Part shown: positions 38,063 through 50,700 of the stretch, piece by piece
Position numbering within the stretch: the stretch's first letter is position 1
Layout of the letters: every line of letters starts with the position of its first letter
Assembly: GCA_965112735.1 (NCBI GenBank)
Contig: OZ218954.1
Coordinates: 2,852,001-2,916,000, forward strand
Length of the DNA stretch: 64,000 nt
Origin: Phaeosaccion multiseriatum
Taxonomy: Eukaryota; Protista; Ochrophyta, other classes
Reading direction: 5' to 3'
Position numbers and translations under genes: made by a program
The notes under the pieces: model-generated
The model's input: only the letters and a program-made list of their open reading frames with translations
Told to the model about the DNA's origin: nothing
Databases searched by the model: none

Positions 38063-38691
38063 GGTTACCACAGAGAGAGACGGGCCGCCACAGCGAGAGA
38101 GGGACTACCGCAGAGGGGGGGGGGGGGGAAAGAAAGTGAAACTGAAAAGAGCCCCCAGCCGACCACTCCATTGCCACTACTGCCATCTCTACTGCCCTGC
38201 CCTGTATCACCAACTGCCGTGCTCTGCCCTCACTCGCACTTGAGAGCGGCCTACCTCGAGAAAGAGGACTTCAGGAGTGAGTGAATGGATAAATATATAA
38301 TCACCTCATAAACTGAAACTGGAAGTGTGCGCGAGTGTGTGTGTGTGTGCCTGGGGCCAGCGGGGGGGGCCTGTTACTCTCCCTCTGGGTCAGGGAGAGG
38401 GAGGGCAGCACCTGCGCCGCGGTTGAGCCGGCCCAGGAAGGCGCGTTCACGCTCCGAGAGCCACATCTGGTGACTGCAGCTGACTATCCGGCGGAGTCGG
38501 ATCAGGACGTGGCCCTTGGTGGTAGAGGAGCCCGTGCGGCCGGTGCGAGAGACGACGTGTTCCGCGAGAGCGTGTAAGAGGGACTGCGCCTGTAAGCTGA
38601 GTTAAGTGGTCCGTGCGTCTCGATGGCGAAGGTGTGGACCCAATCGGAGGACCAACACGTGAAGCTAAGCTCTCCTCTCAGGGTGTATATA

Positions 38692-39013
38692 CTGTGATTT
38701 CGCGGTTGAGTGGCACTTTTGACGCCCCGTGATTTTTTTTTGACGCCAAATGACGATTACTTTGACGACGTTTGACGACTTTTGAACCCCTTTTTTACCC
38801 ACTTTAAAGCCCTGTTTGACGCACTTTGACGCCCTTTGACGCCCTTTTATCTTACTTCGCCTTAATTTCGTCTAAAACAAAATCACGGAAAGGCGTCAAA
38901 GGGCGTCAAAGTGCGTCCAAGTGGGTTCAAAAGTCGTCAAACGTCGTCAAAGTAATCGTCATTTGGCGTCAAAAAAAAATCACGGGGCGTCAACAGTGCC
39001 ACTCAACCGCGAA
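38692..39013. mobile_element. Palindromic MITE-like element, copy 1 (right terminus eroded)
   Basis: TA|CTGTGATTTCGCGGTTGAGTGGCAC...GTGCCACTCAACCGCGAA; long arms rich in TTTGACG subrepeats. Confidence 0.85.
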
Positions 39014-39059
39014 GAGGAGGAAGAAGGATTCAAAAAAGAAAAGATTGAAAGGACAAGGC

Positions 39060-40791
39060 ATGCAACCCATCACCGTGCAGCAGGCAACATGCCCCGAGGT
39101 ACGACACTGCCCCGGGTTTTCTCCAAGATGAAGGGGCGGAGTATGGTAGTCACCAGTCAACGAGTCTTTAATGAGTGAGGGGGAGAAGGGGGGTGCTCAG
39201 CGATGCTTCCTTCAGCCCAGCCCATCCCAACCCATAATCTTACCCTTACAGCTGTCTCATTACTCTTTCACTCCACCAGGGAAGGCGACTCTATCGGGCC
39301 ATCGTTGGAACGGAAAGCCTCTCCACTGTGAAAGCGCTGGTTAGGAAGCTCGTCGCCAAGCACGGTAAAGCGATGTTGGAGAAGCCTGTCGACGAAGAAG
39401 GCTATACGGCTATGATATGGGCTGCGAGATGCGATCGGCTGGACGTCGTGGACCTTCTGCTGCAGGGCGGGGCCTCCTTCAGCACCGGGGGAGGGCGGTA
39501 CGGATTCACGCCATTGATAGAGGCTAGCCGGCAGGGACATAACGAAGTGGTGAGGCGGCTGTTGGATGTCGGGGCCCGTGTAAACCAGATCGATCTCGGA
39601 GGAGTGACGCCTTTGATTGCGGCTGCCACTAAAGGGCGCTTCACAACTGTGCAGCAGCTCCTTCCGGCGGGGGCCGATGTCAATGCTGCCACTAATGAGG
39701 GGTGTACTTCGATCTGGATGGCATCTCACAATGGGCACACCTCCGTCGTGGGGCGACTCATTGCAGCGGGCGCGGATGTGAACAAAGTAGACGCCATCGG
39801 AAGGACTCCACTCGTCGTGGCTTCCGAATTCGGGCATGGGGGTGTGGTGCAGCGGCTGATCAGGGCCAACGCCAACATCGAGAGGGCTGCTGAGAGCGGC
39901 ATCACTCCACTGTGGTTAGCCTCGGAGGGCGGGCATGCGTCCATCGTGCAGCAGCTCCTCGATGAGCATGCCTACATGGAGGCCAGGAGCAACAAAGGCA
40001 CTACTCCTCTCATGATCGCTGCTCTTAGAGGACGCTTGGCCGTGGTGAAGCTACTTTTGGCTGCAGGGGCGGACGTACTCGCGTCTGACCTCGAGGGCTT
40101 CACGCCTCTGCACATGGCCGCTCAAGAAGGTCACGACACCGTGGTGGAGTGGCTTCTTTCTGCGGGGGCAAAGGTGGAGACAAGGTCCAACGATGGTGTA
40201 ACACCCCTCCACCTTGCTGCTCAAGAAGGTCACGAGGCCGTGGTGGAGCGGCTTCTCTCTGCAAGAGCACGGGCGGAGGCAGCGACCAACATTGGTGCAA
40301 CGCCCCTCCACCTTGCTGCTCAAACAGGTCAGGAGGCCGTGGTGGAGCGGCTTCTTTCTGCGGGGGGAAAGGTAGAGACAGGGATCAACACTGGTTCAAC
40401 GCCCCTCCACCTTGCTGCTCAAGAAGGTCACGAGGCTGTCGTCGCTCGTCTCATCTCTGCAGGATCCCCGATCGATGCCCAGAGGCCGGACGGTGCCACC
40501 CCACTGCTTCTCGCCATCCGCTATGGCCACCATGGCATTGCACGGCAGCTCCTCTCGGCCGATGCCTCGGTGGACAAGGCCTTGGCTTTGGCACGGATGT
40601 ATGGACTGGGCCCTGAGATTGAGCAGCGGCTCAGAGACGCAGCAGCAGCCTTCTTCCGATCTCAAAGCGCACTGGACCTGATGCGAAGGACCGATCCGAC
40701 CTTCGATAGGGAGAGGGGGATGTCGCCGCTGGAGAGGCCCTGGAGTGTCGGGAGCGAGACGTGGGAGGGCATGGCGGAGGAGATGGGCTGA
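39060..40791 (+). CDS. Ankyrin repeat protein, paralog 1 (~516 aa, ~12 repeats)
   Basis: Exon 39060-39098 (MQPITVQQATCPE) splices in phase to 39280-40791; GxTPLHxAAxxG repeats. Confidence 0.9.
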
Positions 40792-41961
40792 AGTCAAGAG
40801 TAGTGGGCCTGGGTGAGATGGGAGGTGGGGGGGAGACAACGACCGAGACTAAAGAGGACTGCTCTCGCTCGCTTGCACCAGTCAGGCCATGGGGAGTATG
40901 GACATACCACGATGCGATGCCAGAGAGGCACCGTCTAGAGCACATTCAGATCGACTTGGCGGGAATGACTTTGGGATCGAAGCAAAAGGAACGGGGTTGG
41001 GTGGGGGGGGGGGGGTGGGATTCACACAGGGGTAGCTAGCAAATAGGTTCAAAACAGTGTGTGTGTGTGTGTGTGTGTGTGCTTGAGTTTGTTAGGCGAA
41101 GGACTTTCTTTGGGTACGACGCACATCGGCAGGTCCGCCGCTCGGGTGGGCGAAAGCATTCCAAAATCGAGATACGATATGCCCATAAGGTTCTTGGGTC
41201 GGGCGCCGCAGGCGGGCACAGCAATTGGTCGGAGATTGGAGGGGGCACAATTCCCCTGATAGCCGGCACAAGCGCATACGCGAAGGTGATGCCAGCAGTG
41301 GGGTGCTGTGCTCGAGTGGAGGCGAAGGCAAGCCACATGCTCATCGAGGCAGCAGCTGTGCAGTCCGGTGGAAGCAATACCCACTCACTCACTCACACTT
41401 TCACTCACTCACATACTCACTCACCCTCACTCACTCACCCACTCACTAGAGTCTTGTGAGCCACCGCTGCTCCCTCCTTTGGTTCCTACCGTATTCACAA
41501 AGGCTTGCCTTCGGCGAGAGCAACACTCCGCTACAACGTAACCATCAGCGCATGTCTATCGTGGGATCGTCCTATCCATCGTCACTTGAAAAAGAGGCAA
41601 ACGAACTCGGTCCCCACCCCCCCCCGAGGCGAGAGGACTTCTATGGGGCTTACGTAAGCCTTCTGTAGACCCTTATGTAGGCCTTTGGTTAGTCCTCATG
41701 TACTCGCTATGTAGGCCTCTGCTGGAATGGTGAGGTCAGGACCTGGATGTATATATATAGTTCCCCTTTTTTTGATTTCTGATTACTGTGATTACTGATT
41801 AACTTCTGTATCTGGCGCCAGCCCGAGGAAATGGCCTGGTTGCTGGGGGGGTTGATTATATTTTGTCCAGCAGGGTCGACTAAGCAAGTGCCAAGCATTG
41901 ACTTATAACAGCAGCTCTTGCGTCCTCAGCTTTCTCGCATCCATCTTTTTGATCTTGTTTA

Positions 41962-42279
41962 CTGTGATTTCGCGGTTTGAGTGGCACTTTTGATCTTTGA
42001 TGCCAAATGACGATTACTTTGACGACGTTTGACGACTTTTGAACCCCTTTTTTACCCACTTTAAAGCCCTATTTGACGCACTTTGACGCCCTTTGACGCT
42101 GGGCGCGCGGTGATTTTAATCACGGAAAAGGGCGTCAAAGGGCGTCAAAGTGCGTCAAACAGGGCTTTAAAAGTGAAAAAGGGGTTCAAAAGTCGTCAAA
42201 CGTCGTCAAAGTAATCGTCATTTGGCGTAAAAAAAAATTCATGGGGCGTCAAAAGTGCCACTCAACCGCGAAATCGGAG
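41962..42279. mobile_element. Palindromic MITE-like element, copy 2
   Basis: TA|CTGTGATTTCGCGGTTTGAG...CTCAACCGCGAAATCGGAG|TA. Confidence 0.85.
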
Positions 42280-42319
42280 TAGCAAGGATTCAAAAAAGAA
42301 AAGATTGAAAGGACAAGGC

Positions 42320-45300
42320 ATGCAACCCATCACCGTGCAGCAGGCAACATGCCCCGAGGTACGACACTGCCCCGGGTTTTCTCCAAGATGAAGGGGCGGA
42401 GTATGGTAGTCACCAGTCAACGAGTCTTTAAAGGAGTGAGGGGGAGAAGGGGGGTGCTCAGCGATGCTTCCTTCAGCCCAGCCCATCCCAACCCATAATC
42501 TTACCCTTACAGCTGTCTCATTACTCTTTCACTCCACCAGGGAAGGCGACTCTATCGGGCCATCGTTGGAACGGAAAGCCTCTCCACTGTTAAAGCGCTG
42601 GTTAGGAAGCTCGTCGCCAAGCACGGTAAAGCGATGTTGGAGAAGCCTGTCGACGAAGAAGGCTATACGGCTATGATATGGGCTGCGAGATGCGATCGGC
42701 TGGACGTCGTGGACCTTCTGCTGCAGGACGGGGCCTCCTTCAGCACCGGGGGAGGGTCGCACGGGATCACGCCATTGATAGAGGCTAGCCGGCGGGGACA
42801 TAACGAAGTGGTGAGGCGGCTGTTGGATGTCGGGGCCCGTGTAAACCAGATCGATCTCGGAGGAGTGACGCCTTTGATTATGGCTGCCGATCAAGGGCAC
42901 TTCATAATTGTGCAGCAGCTCCTTCCGGCGGGGGCCGATGTCAATGCTGCTAATAATGAGGGGTGTACTTCGATCTGGATGGCATCTCAGAATGGGCACA
43001 CCTCCGTCGTGGGGCGACTCATTGCAGCGGGCGCGGATGTGAACAAAGTAGACGACATCGGAAGGACTCCACTCGTCATGGCGTCCCAATTCGGGCATGG
43101 GGGTGTGGTGCAGCGGCTGATCAGGGCCAACGCCAACATCGAGAGGGCTACTGAGAGCGGCCACACTCCACTGTGGTTAGCCTCGGAGGGCGGGCATGCG
43201 TCCATCGTGCAGGAGCTCCTCGATGAGCATGCCAACGTGGAGGCCAAGAGCCACAAAGGCTTTACTCCTCTCATGATCGCTGCTCACGGAGGCCACTTGG
43301 CCGTGGTGAAGTTCCTTTTGGCTGCAGGGGCGGACGTACTCGCGTCTGACCCCGACGGCTTCACTCCTCTGCACATGGCCGCTCAGGAAAGTCACGACGC
43401 CGTGGTTAAGCGGCTTCTTTCTGCGGGGGCAAAGGTGGAGACAGCGGACAACGATGGTGCAACACCCCTCCACCATGCTGCTCAAAAAGGTCACGAGGCC
43501 GTGGTGGAGCGGCTTCTCTCTGCAGGAGCAAAGGTGGAGACAGCGATCAACGTTGGTGCAACGCCCCTCCACCTTGCTGCTCAAAAAGGTCAGGAGGCCG
43601 TGGTGGAGCGGCTTCTCTCTGCAGGAGCAAAGGTGGGGGCAGCGGCCAACGATGGTGTAACACCCCTCCACGTTGCTGCCCAAGAAGGTCAGGAGGCAGT
43701 GGTGGAGCGGCTTCTCTCTGCAGGAGCAGAAGTGGAGACAGAAGCCAAAAATGGTGCAACACCCCTCCACCTTGCTGCTCATGGAGGTCAGGAGGGAGTG
43801 GTGGAGCGGCTTCTTTCTGCGGGGGCAAAGGTGGAGACAGCGATCAACGCTGGTTCAACGCCCCTCCAGCTTGCTGCCCAAGAAGGTCAGGAGGGAGTGG
43901 TGGAGCGGCTTCTCTCTGCAGGAGCAAAGGTGGAGACAGCGGACAACGATGGTATAACACCCCTCCACGTTGCTGTCCAAGAAGGTCAGGAGGCAGTGGT
44001 GGAGCGGCTTCTCTCTGCAGGAGCACGGGCGGAGGCAGCGACCAACATTGGTGTAACGCCCCTCCACCGTGCTGCTCGAGAAGGTCACGAGGCCGTGGTG
44101 GAGCGGCTTCTCTCTGCAGGAGCAAAGTTGGAGACAGCGGACAACGATGGTACAGCGCCCCTCCACCTTGCTGCTTATGGAGGTCACGAGGGCGTGGTGG
44201 AGCGTCTTCTTTCTGCGGGAGCCAGAGTGGAGATAGGGAGAACTGACGGTACAACACCTCTCCGGCTTGCTGCTGAAGAAGGTCACGAGGCCGTGGTGGA
44301 GCGGCTTCTCTCTGCAGGAGCAAAGGTGGAGACAGCGGACAACCATGGTGAAACGCCCCTCCACCTTGCTGCTCATGGAGGTCACGAGGCCGTGGTGGAG
44401 CGGCTTCTCTCCGCAGGAGCAAAGGTGGAGACAGGGACCCCCGATGGTGTAACACCCCTCCACTTTGCTGCTCAAGAAGGTCAGGAGGCCATGGTGGAGC
44501 GGCTTCTCTCTGCAGGAGCAAAGGTGGGGGCAGCGGCCAACGATGGTGTAACACCCCTCCACGCTGCTGCCCAAGAAGGTCAGGAGGCAGTGGTGGAGCG
44601 GCTTCTCTCTGCAGGAGCAGAAGTGGAGACAGAATCCCAAAATGGTGCAACACCCCTCCACCTTGCTGCTCGAGAAGGTCACGAGGCCATGGTGGAGCGG
44701 CTTCTTTCTGCGGGAGCCAGAGTGGAGATAGGGAGAACTGACGGTACAACACCCCTCCACCTTGCTGCTGAAGAAGGTCACAAGGCCGTGGTGGAGCGGC
44801 TTCTCTCTGCAGGAGCAAAGTTGGAGACAGCAGCCAACGGTGGTACAGCGCCCCTCCACCTTGCTGCTCATGGAGGTCACGAGGCCGTGGTGGAGCGGCT
44901 TCTCTCTGCAGGAGCAAAGGTGGGGGCAGCGGCCAACGATGGTACAACACCCCTCCACTTTGCTGCTTGGAAAGGTCACAAGGCCGTGGTGGAGCGGCTT
45001 CTCTCTGCAGGAGCAAAGGTGGAGACAGCGGACATCCATGGTACAACACCCCTCCACGTTGCTGCTGAAGAAGATCACAAGGCCGTGGTGGAGCGGCTTC
45101 TTTCTGCGGGAGCCAGAGTGGAGATAGGGAGAACTGACGGTACAACACCCCTCCACCTTGCTGCTGAAGAAGGTCACAAGGCCGTGGTGGAGCGGCTTCT
45201 CTCTGCAGGAGCAAAGGTGGGGGCAGCGGCCAACGATGGTACAACACCCCTCCACTTTGCTGCTTGGAAAGGTCACAAGGCCGTGGTGGAGCGGCTTCTC

Positions 45301-46227
45301 TCTGCAGGAGCAAAGGTGGGGGCAGCAACCAAAAATGGCTACACACCCCTCCACGATGCTGCTCGAGAAGGTCACGAGGCCGTGGTGGAGCGGCTTCTCT
45401 CTGCAGGAGTAAAGTTGGAGACAGCAACCAAAAATGGTGCAACACCCCTCCACCTTGCTGCTCAAGAAGGTCACGAGGCCGTGGTGGAGCGGCTTCTCTC
45501 TGCAGGAGCACGGGCGGAGGCAGCGACCAACATTGGTACAACGCCCCTCCACCGTGCTGCTCGAGAAGGTCACGAGGCCGTGGTGGAGCGGCTTCTCTCT
45601 GCAGGAGCAAAGTTGGAGACAGCGGACAACGATGGTACAGCGCCCCTCCACCTTGCTGCTCAAAAAGGTCAGGAGGGAGTGGTGGAGCGTCTTCTCTCTG
45701 CGGGAGCCAGAGTGGAGATAGGGAGAACTGACGGTACACCCCTCCACCTTGCTGCTCATGGAGGTCACGAGGCCGTGGTGGAGCGGCTTCTCTCTGCAGG
45801 AGCAGAAGTGGAGACAGCAACCAAAAATGGTGCAACGCCCCTCCACCTTGCTGCTCATCAAGGTCACGAGGCCGTCGTCGCTCGTCTCATCTCTGCAGGA
45901 TCCCCGATCGATGCCCAGAGGCTGGACGGCGCCACCCCACTGCTTCTCGCCATCTACAAGGGCCACCATGGCATTGCACGACAGCTCCTCTCGGCCGATG
46001 CCTCGGTGGACAAGCCCTTGGCTGCGGCACGGCGGAATAGACTGGGCCCTGAGACTGAGCAGCGGCTCAGAGGCGCAGCAGCAGCCTTCTTCCGATCGCA
46101 GAGTACACTGGACCTTATGCGAAGGACCGATCCGACCTTCGATAGGGAGAGGGGGATGTCGCCGCTGGAGAGGCCCTGGAGTGTCGGGAGCGACACGTGG
46201 GAGGGCATGGCGGAGGAGATGGGCTGA
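42320..46227 (+). CDS. Ankyrin repeat protein, paralog 2 (~1241 aa, ~34 repeats)
   Basis: Exons 42320-42358 and 42541-46227; 725 aa longer than paralog 1 (22x33 minus 1). Confidence 0.92.
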
Positions 46228-47385
46228 AGTCAAGAGTAGTGGGCCTGGGTGAGATGGGAGGTGGGGGGGAGACAACGACCGAGACTAAAGAGGACTGCTC
46301 TCGCTCGCTTGCACCAGTCAGGCCATGGGGAGTATGGGCATACCACGATGCGATGCCAGAGAGGCACCGTCTATGGCACATTCAGATCGACTTGGCGGGA
46401 ATGACTTTGGGAGCGAAGCAAAAGGAATGGGGTTGGGTGGGGGGGGGGGGGTGGGATTCACACAGGTGTAGTAAACAGATTCACACTGGGGTAGCTAGCA
46501 AATAGGTTCAGAACAGTGCTCGAGTCTGTTAGGCGAAGGATTTTGTTCGGGTAAGATGCACATCGGCAGTTCCGCTCGCTCGGGTGGGCGGAGGCATGCC
46601 ACAAAATCGAGATACGATATGCCCATAAGGTTCTTGGGTCGGGCGCCGCAGGCGGGCACAGCAATTGGTTGGAGATTGGAGGGGGCACAATTCCCCTGAT
46701 CTCCGGCACAAGCGCATACGCGAAAGTGATGCCAGCAGTGGGGTGCTGTGCTCGGGTGGAGGCGAAGGCAAGCCACATGCTCATCGAGGCAGCTGCTGTG
46801 CAGTCCAGTCAAAGCAATACCCACCCACTTACTCACTCACTCACTCACTTACTTACACCCGTCATCGAGCAGAGTCTTGTGAGCCACCGCTGCTCCCTCC
46901 ATTGGTTCCTACCGTCTTCACAAAGGCTTGCCTTCGGCGAGAGCAACACTCCGCTACAACGTAACCATCAGCGCATGTCTATCGTGGGATCGTCCTATCC
47001 ATCGTCACTTGAAAAAGAGGCAAACGAACTCGGTCCCCACCCCCCCCCGAGGCGAGAGGACTTCTATGGGGCTTACGTAAGCCTTCTGTAGACCCTTACG
47101 TAGGCCTTTGGTTAGTCCTCATGTACTCCCTATGTAGGCCTCTGCTGGAATGGTGAGGTCAGGACCTGGATGTATACATATAGTTCCCCTTTTTTTTGAT
47201 TTCTGATTACTGTGATTACTGATTAACTTCTGTATCTGGCGCCAGCCCGAGGAAATGGCCTGGTTGCTGGGGGGGTTGATTATATTTTGTCCAGCAGGGT
47301 CGACTAAGCAAGTGCCAAGCATTGACTTATAACAGCAGCTCTTGCGTCCTCAGCTTTTTCGCATCCATCTTTTTGATCTTGCTTA

Positions 47386-47687
47386 CTGTGATTTCGCGGT
47401 TTGAGTGGCACTTTTGACGCCCTTTGACGCCCTTTTACGCCCTTTTACGCCCTTTTACGCCCTCTTCCGTGATTTTTTTTTACGTTATTTTTTTTAGACG
47501 AAATTAAGGCGAATTAAGATAAAAGGGCGTCAAAGGGCGTAAAAGGGCGTCAAAGGGCGTCAAATAGGGGGCTAAAGCGTCGTCAAACGTCGTCAAACGT
47601 CGTCAAAAAAGTCGTCATTTGGCGTAAAAAAAAATTAATGGGGCGTAAATTGGGCGTAAAAAGTGCCACTCAACCGCGAAATCACAG
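47386..47687. mobile_element. Palindromic MITE-like element, copy 3 (core inverted relative to copy 1)
   Basis: Same termini. Core TTAGACGAAATTAAGGCGAATTAAGATAAAAGGG is the reverse complement of the copy 1 core. Confidence 0.85.
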
Positions 47688-47727
47688 AAGCAAGGCTTCA
47701 AAAAAAAAAAGATTGAAAGGACAAGGC

Positions 47728-50700
47728 ATGCAACCCATCACCGTGCAGCAGGCAACATGCCCCGAGGTACGACACTGCCCCGGGTTTTCTCCAAGATGAA
47801 GGGGCGGAGTATGGTAGTCACCAGTCAACGAGTCTTTAATGAGTGAGGGGGAGAAGGGGGGTGCTCAGCGATGCTTCCTTCAGCCCAGCCCATCCCAACC
47901 CATAATCTTACCCTTACAGCTGTCTCATTACTCTTTCACTCCACCAGGGAAGGCGACTCTATCGGGCCATCGTTGGAACGGAAAGCCTCTCCACTGTTAA
48001 AGCGCTGGTTAGGAAGCTCGTCGCCAAGCACGGTAAAGCGATGTTGGAGAAGCCTGTCGACGAAGAAGGCTATACGGCTATGATATGGGCTGCGACATAC
48101 GATCGACTGGATGTCGTGGACCTTCTGCTGCAGGAGGGGGCCTCCTTCAGCACCGGGGGAGGGTCGCACGGGATCACGCCATTGATAGAGGCTAGCCGGC
48201 GGGGACATAACGAAGTGGTGAGGCGGCTGTTGGATGTCGGGGCCCGTGTAAACCAGATCGATCTCGAAGGAGTGACGCCTTTGATTATGGCTGCCGATCA
48301 AGGGCACTTCATAATTGTGCAGCAGCTCCTTCCGGCGGGGGCCGATGTCAATGCTGCTAATAATGAGGGGTGTACTTCGATCTGGATGGCATCTCAGAAT
48401 GGGCACACCTCCGTCGTGGGGCGACTCATTGCAGCGGGCGCGGATGTGAACAAAGTAGACGACATCGGAAGGACTCCACTCGTCATGGCGTCCCAATTCG
48501 GGCATGGGGGTGTGGTGCAGCGGCTGATCAGGGCCAACGCCAACATCGAGAGGGCTGCTGAGAGCGGCCACACTCCGCTGTGGGCAGCCTCGGAGTACGG
48601 GCATGCGTCCATCGTGCAGCAGCTCCTCGATGAGCATGCCAACGTGGAGGCCAGGAGCAACAAGGGCACTACTCCTCTCATAATCGCTGGTCACAGAGGA
48701 CGCTTGGCCGTGGTGAAGCTACTGTTTGCTGCAGGGGCGGACGTACTCGCGTCCAACCTCGAGGGCTTCACGCCTCTGCACATGGCCGCTCAACAAGGTC
48801 ACGACACCGTGGTGGAGTGGCTTCTTTCTGCGGGGGCAAAGGTGGAGACAAGGTCCAACCACGGTTCAACACCCCTCCACATGGCCGCTCAAGAAGGTCA
48901 CGAGGCCGTAGTGGAGCGGCTTCTTTCTGCGGGAGCCAGAGTGGAGATAGGGAGAACTGACGGTACAACACCCCTCCACGTTGCTGCCCAAGAAGGTCAG
49001 GAGGCAGTGGTGGAGCGGCTTCTCTCTGCAGGAGCAGAAGTGGAGACAGAAGCCAAAAATGGTGCAACACCCCTCCACCTTGCTGCTCAAAAAGGTCAGG
49101 AGGCCGTGGTGGAGCGGCTTCTCTCTGCAGGAGCAAAGGTGGGGGCAGCGGCCAACGATGGTGTAACACCCCTCCACGTTGCTGCCCAAGAAGGTCAGGA
49201 GGCAGTGGTGGAGCGGCTTCTCTCTGCAGGAGCAGAAGTGGAGACAGAAGCCAAAATTGGTGCAACACCCCTCCACCTTGCTGCTCATGGAGGTCAGGAG
49301 GGAGTGGTGGAGCGGCTTCTCTCTGCAGGAGCAAAGGTGGGGGCAGCGACCAACGATGGTGTAACACCCCTCCACTTTGCTGCTGGAGAAGGTCACGAGG
49401 CCGTGGTGGAGCGGCTTCTCTCTGCAGGAGCACGGGCGGAGGCAGCGACCAACATTGGTGCAACGCCCCTCCACCGTGCTGCTCGAGAAGGTCACGAGGC
49501 CGTGGTGGAGCGGCTTCTCTCTGCAGGAGCAAAGTTGGAGACAGCGGACAACGATGGTACAGCGCCCCTCCACTTTGCTGCTCGGAAAGGTCACAAGGCC
49601 GTGGTGGAGCGGCTTCTTTCTGCGGGAGCCAGAGTGGAGATAGGGAGAACTGATGGTACAACACCTCTCCGGCTTGCTGCTGAAGAAGGTCACGAGGCCG
49701 TGGTGGAGCGGCTTCTCTCTGCAGGAGCAAAGGTGGAGACAGCGGACAACCATGGTGAAACGCCCCTCCACCTTGCTGCTCATGGAGGTCACGAGGCCGT
49801 GGTGGAGCGGCTTCTCTCCGCAGGAGCAAAGGTGGAGACAGGGACCCCCGATGGTGTAACACCCCTCCACTTTGCTGCTCAAGAAGGTCAGGAGGCCATG
49901 GTGGAGCGGCTTCTCTCTGCAGGAGCAAAGGTGGGGGCAGCGGCCAACGATGGTGTAACACCCCTCCACGTTGCTGCCCAAGAAGGTCAGGAGGCAGTGG
50001 TGGAGCGGCTTCTCTCTGCAGGAGCAGAAGTGGAGACAGAATCCCAAAATGGTGCAACACCCCTCCACCTTGCTGCTCGAGAAGGTCACGAGGCCATGGT
50101 GGAGCGGCTTCTCTCTGCAGGAGCAAAGGTGGGGGCAGCGACCAACGATGGTACAACACCCCTCCACGTTGCTGCTGAAGAAGGTCACAAGGCCGTGGTG
50201 GAGCGTCTTCTTTCTGCGGGAGCAAAGTTGGAGACAGCGGACAACGATGGTGCAACACCCCTCCACCTTGCTGCTCTACAAGGTCACGAGGGCGTGGTGG
50301 AGCGGCTTCTCTCTGCAGGAGCAAAGGTGAGGGCAGCGGCCAACGATGGTACAACACCCCTCCACTTTGCTGCTTGGAAAGGTCACAGGGCCGTGGTGGA
50401 GCGGCTTCTCTCTGCAGGAGCAAAGTTGGAGACAGCGGACAACCATGGTGTAACACCCCTCCACTTTGCTGCTCGAGAAGGTCACGAGGCCGTGGTGGAG
50501 CGGCTTCTCTCTGCAGGAGCAAAGGTGGGGGCAGCGGCGAACGATGGTGTAACACCCCTCCACGTTGCTGTTGAAGGAGGTCACGAGGCCGTGGTGGAGC
50601 GGCTTCTCTCTATGGGAGCACGGGCGGAGGCAGCGACCAACGATGGTGTAACGCCCCTCCACCGTGCTGCTCAAAAAGGTCAGGAGGCCATGGTGGAGCG

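Noticed and set aside
36900-38690. Coding-like fragments (e.g. WVRE.. at ~37880 and ~38386)
   Set aside because: No coherent exon chain or recognisable family; possibly decayed remnants, left uncalled.
40792-41950. Short ORFs conserved in the 3' part of each ankyrin unit
   Set aside because: Conservation is explained by recent duplication; indels between copies break the frames; no recognisable domain.
43844-50555. Long antisense ORFs (663, 806, 595, 466 aa) over the ankyrin genes
   Set aside because: Shadow frames of a stop-poor 99-bp repeat; no independent coding signal.
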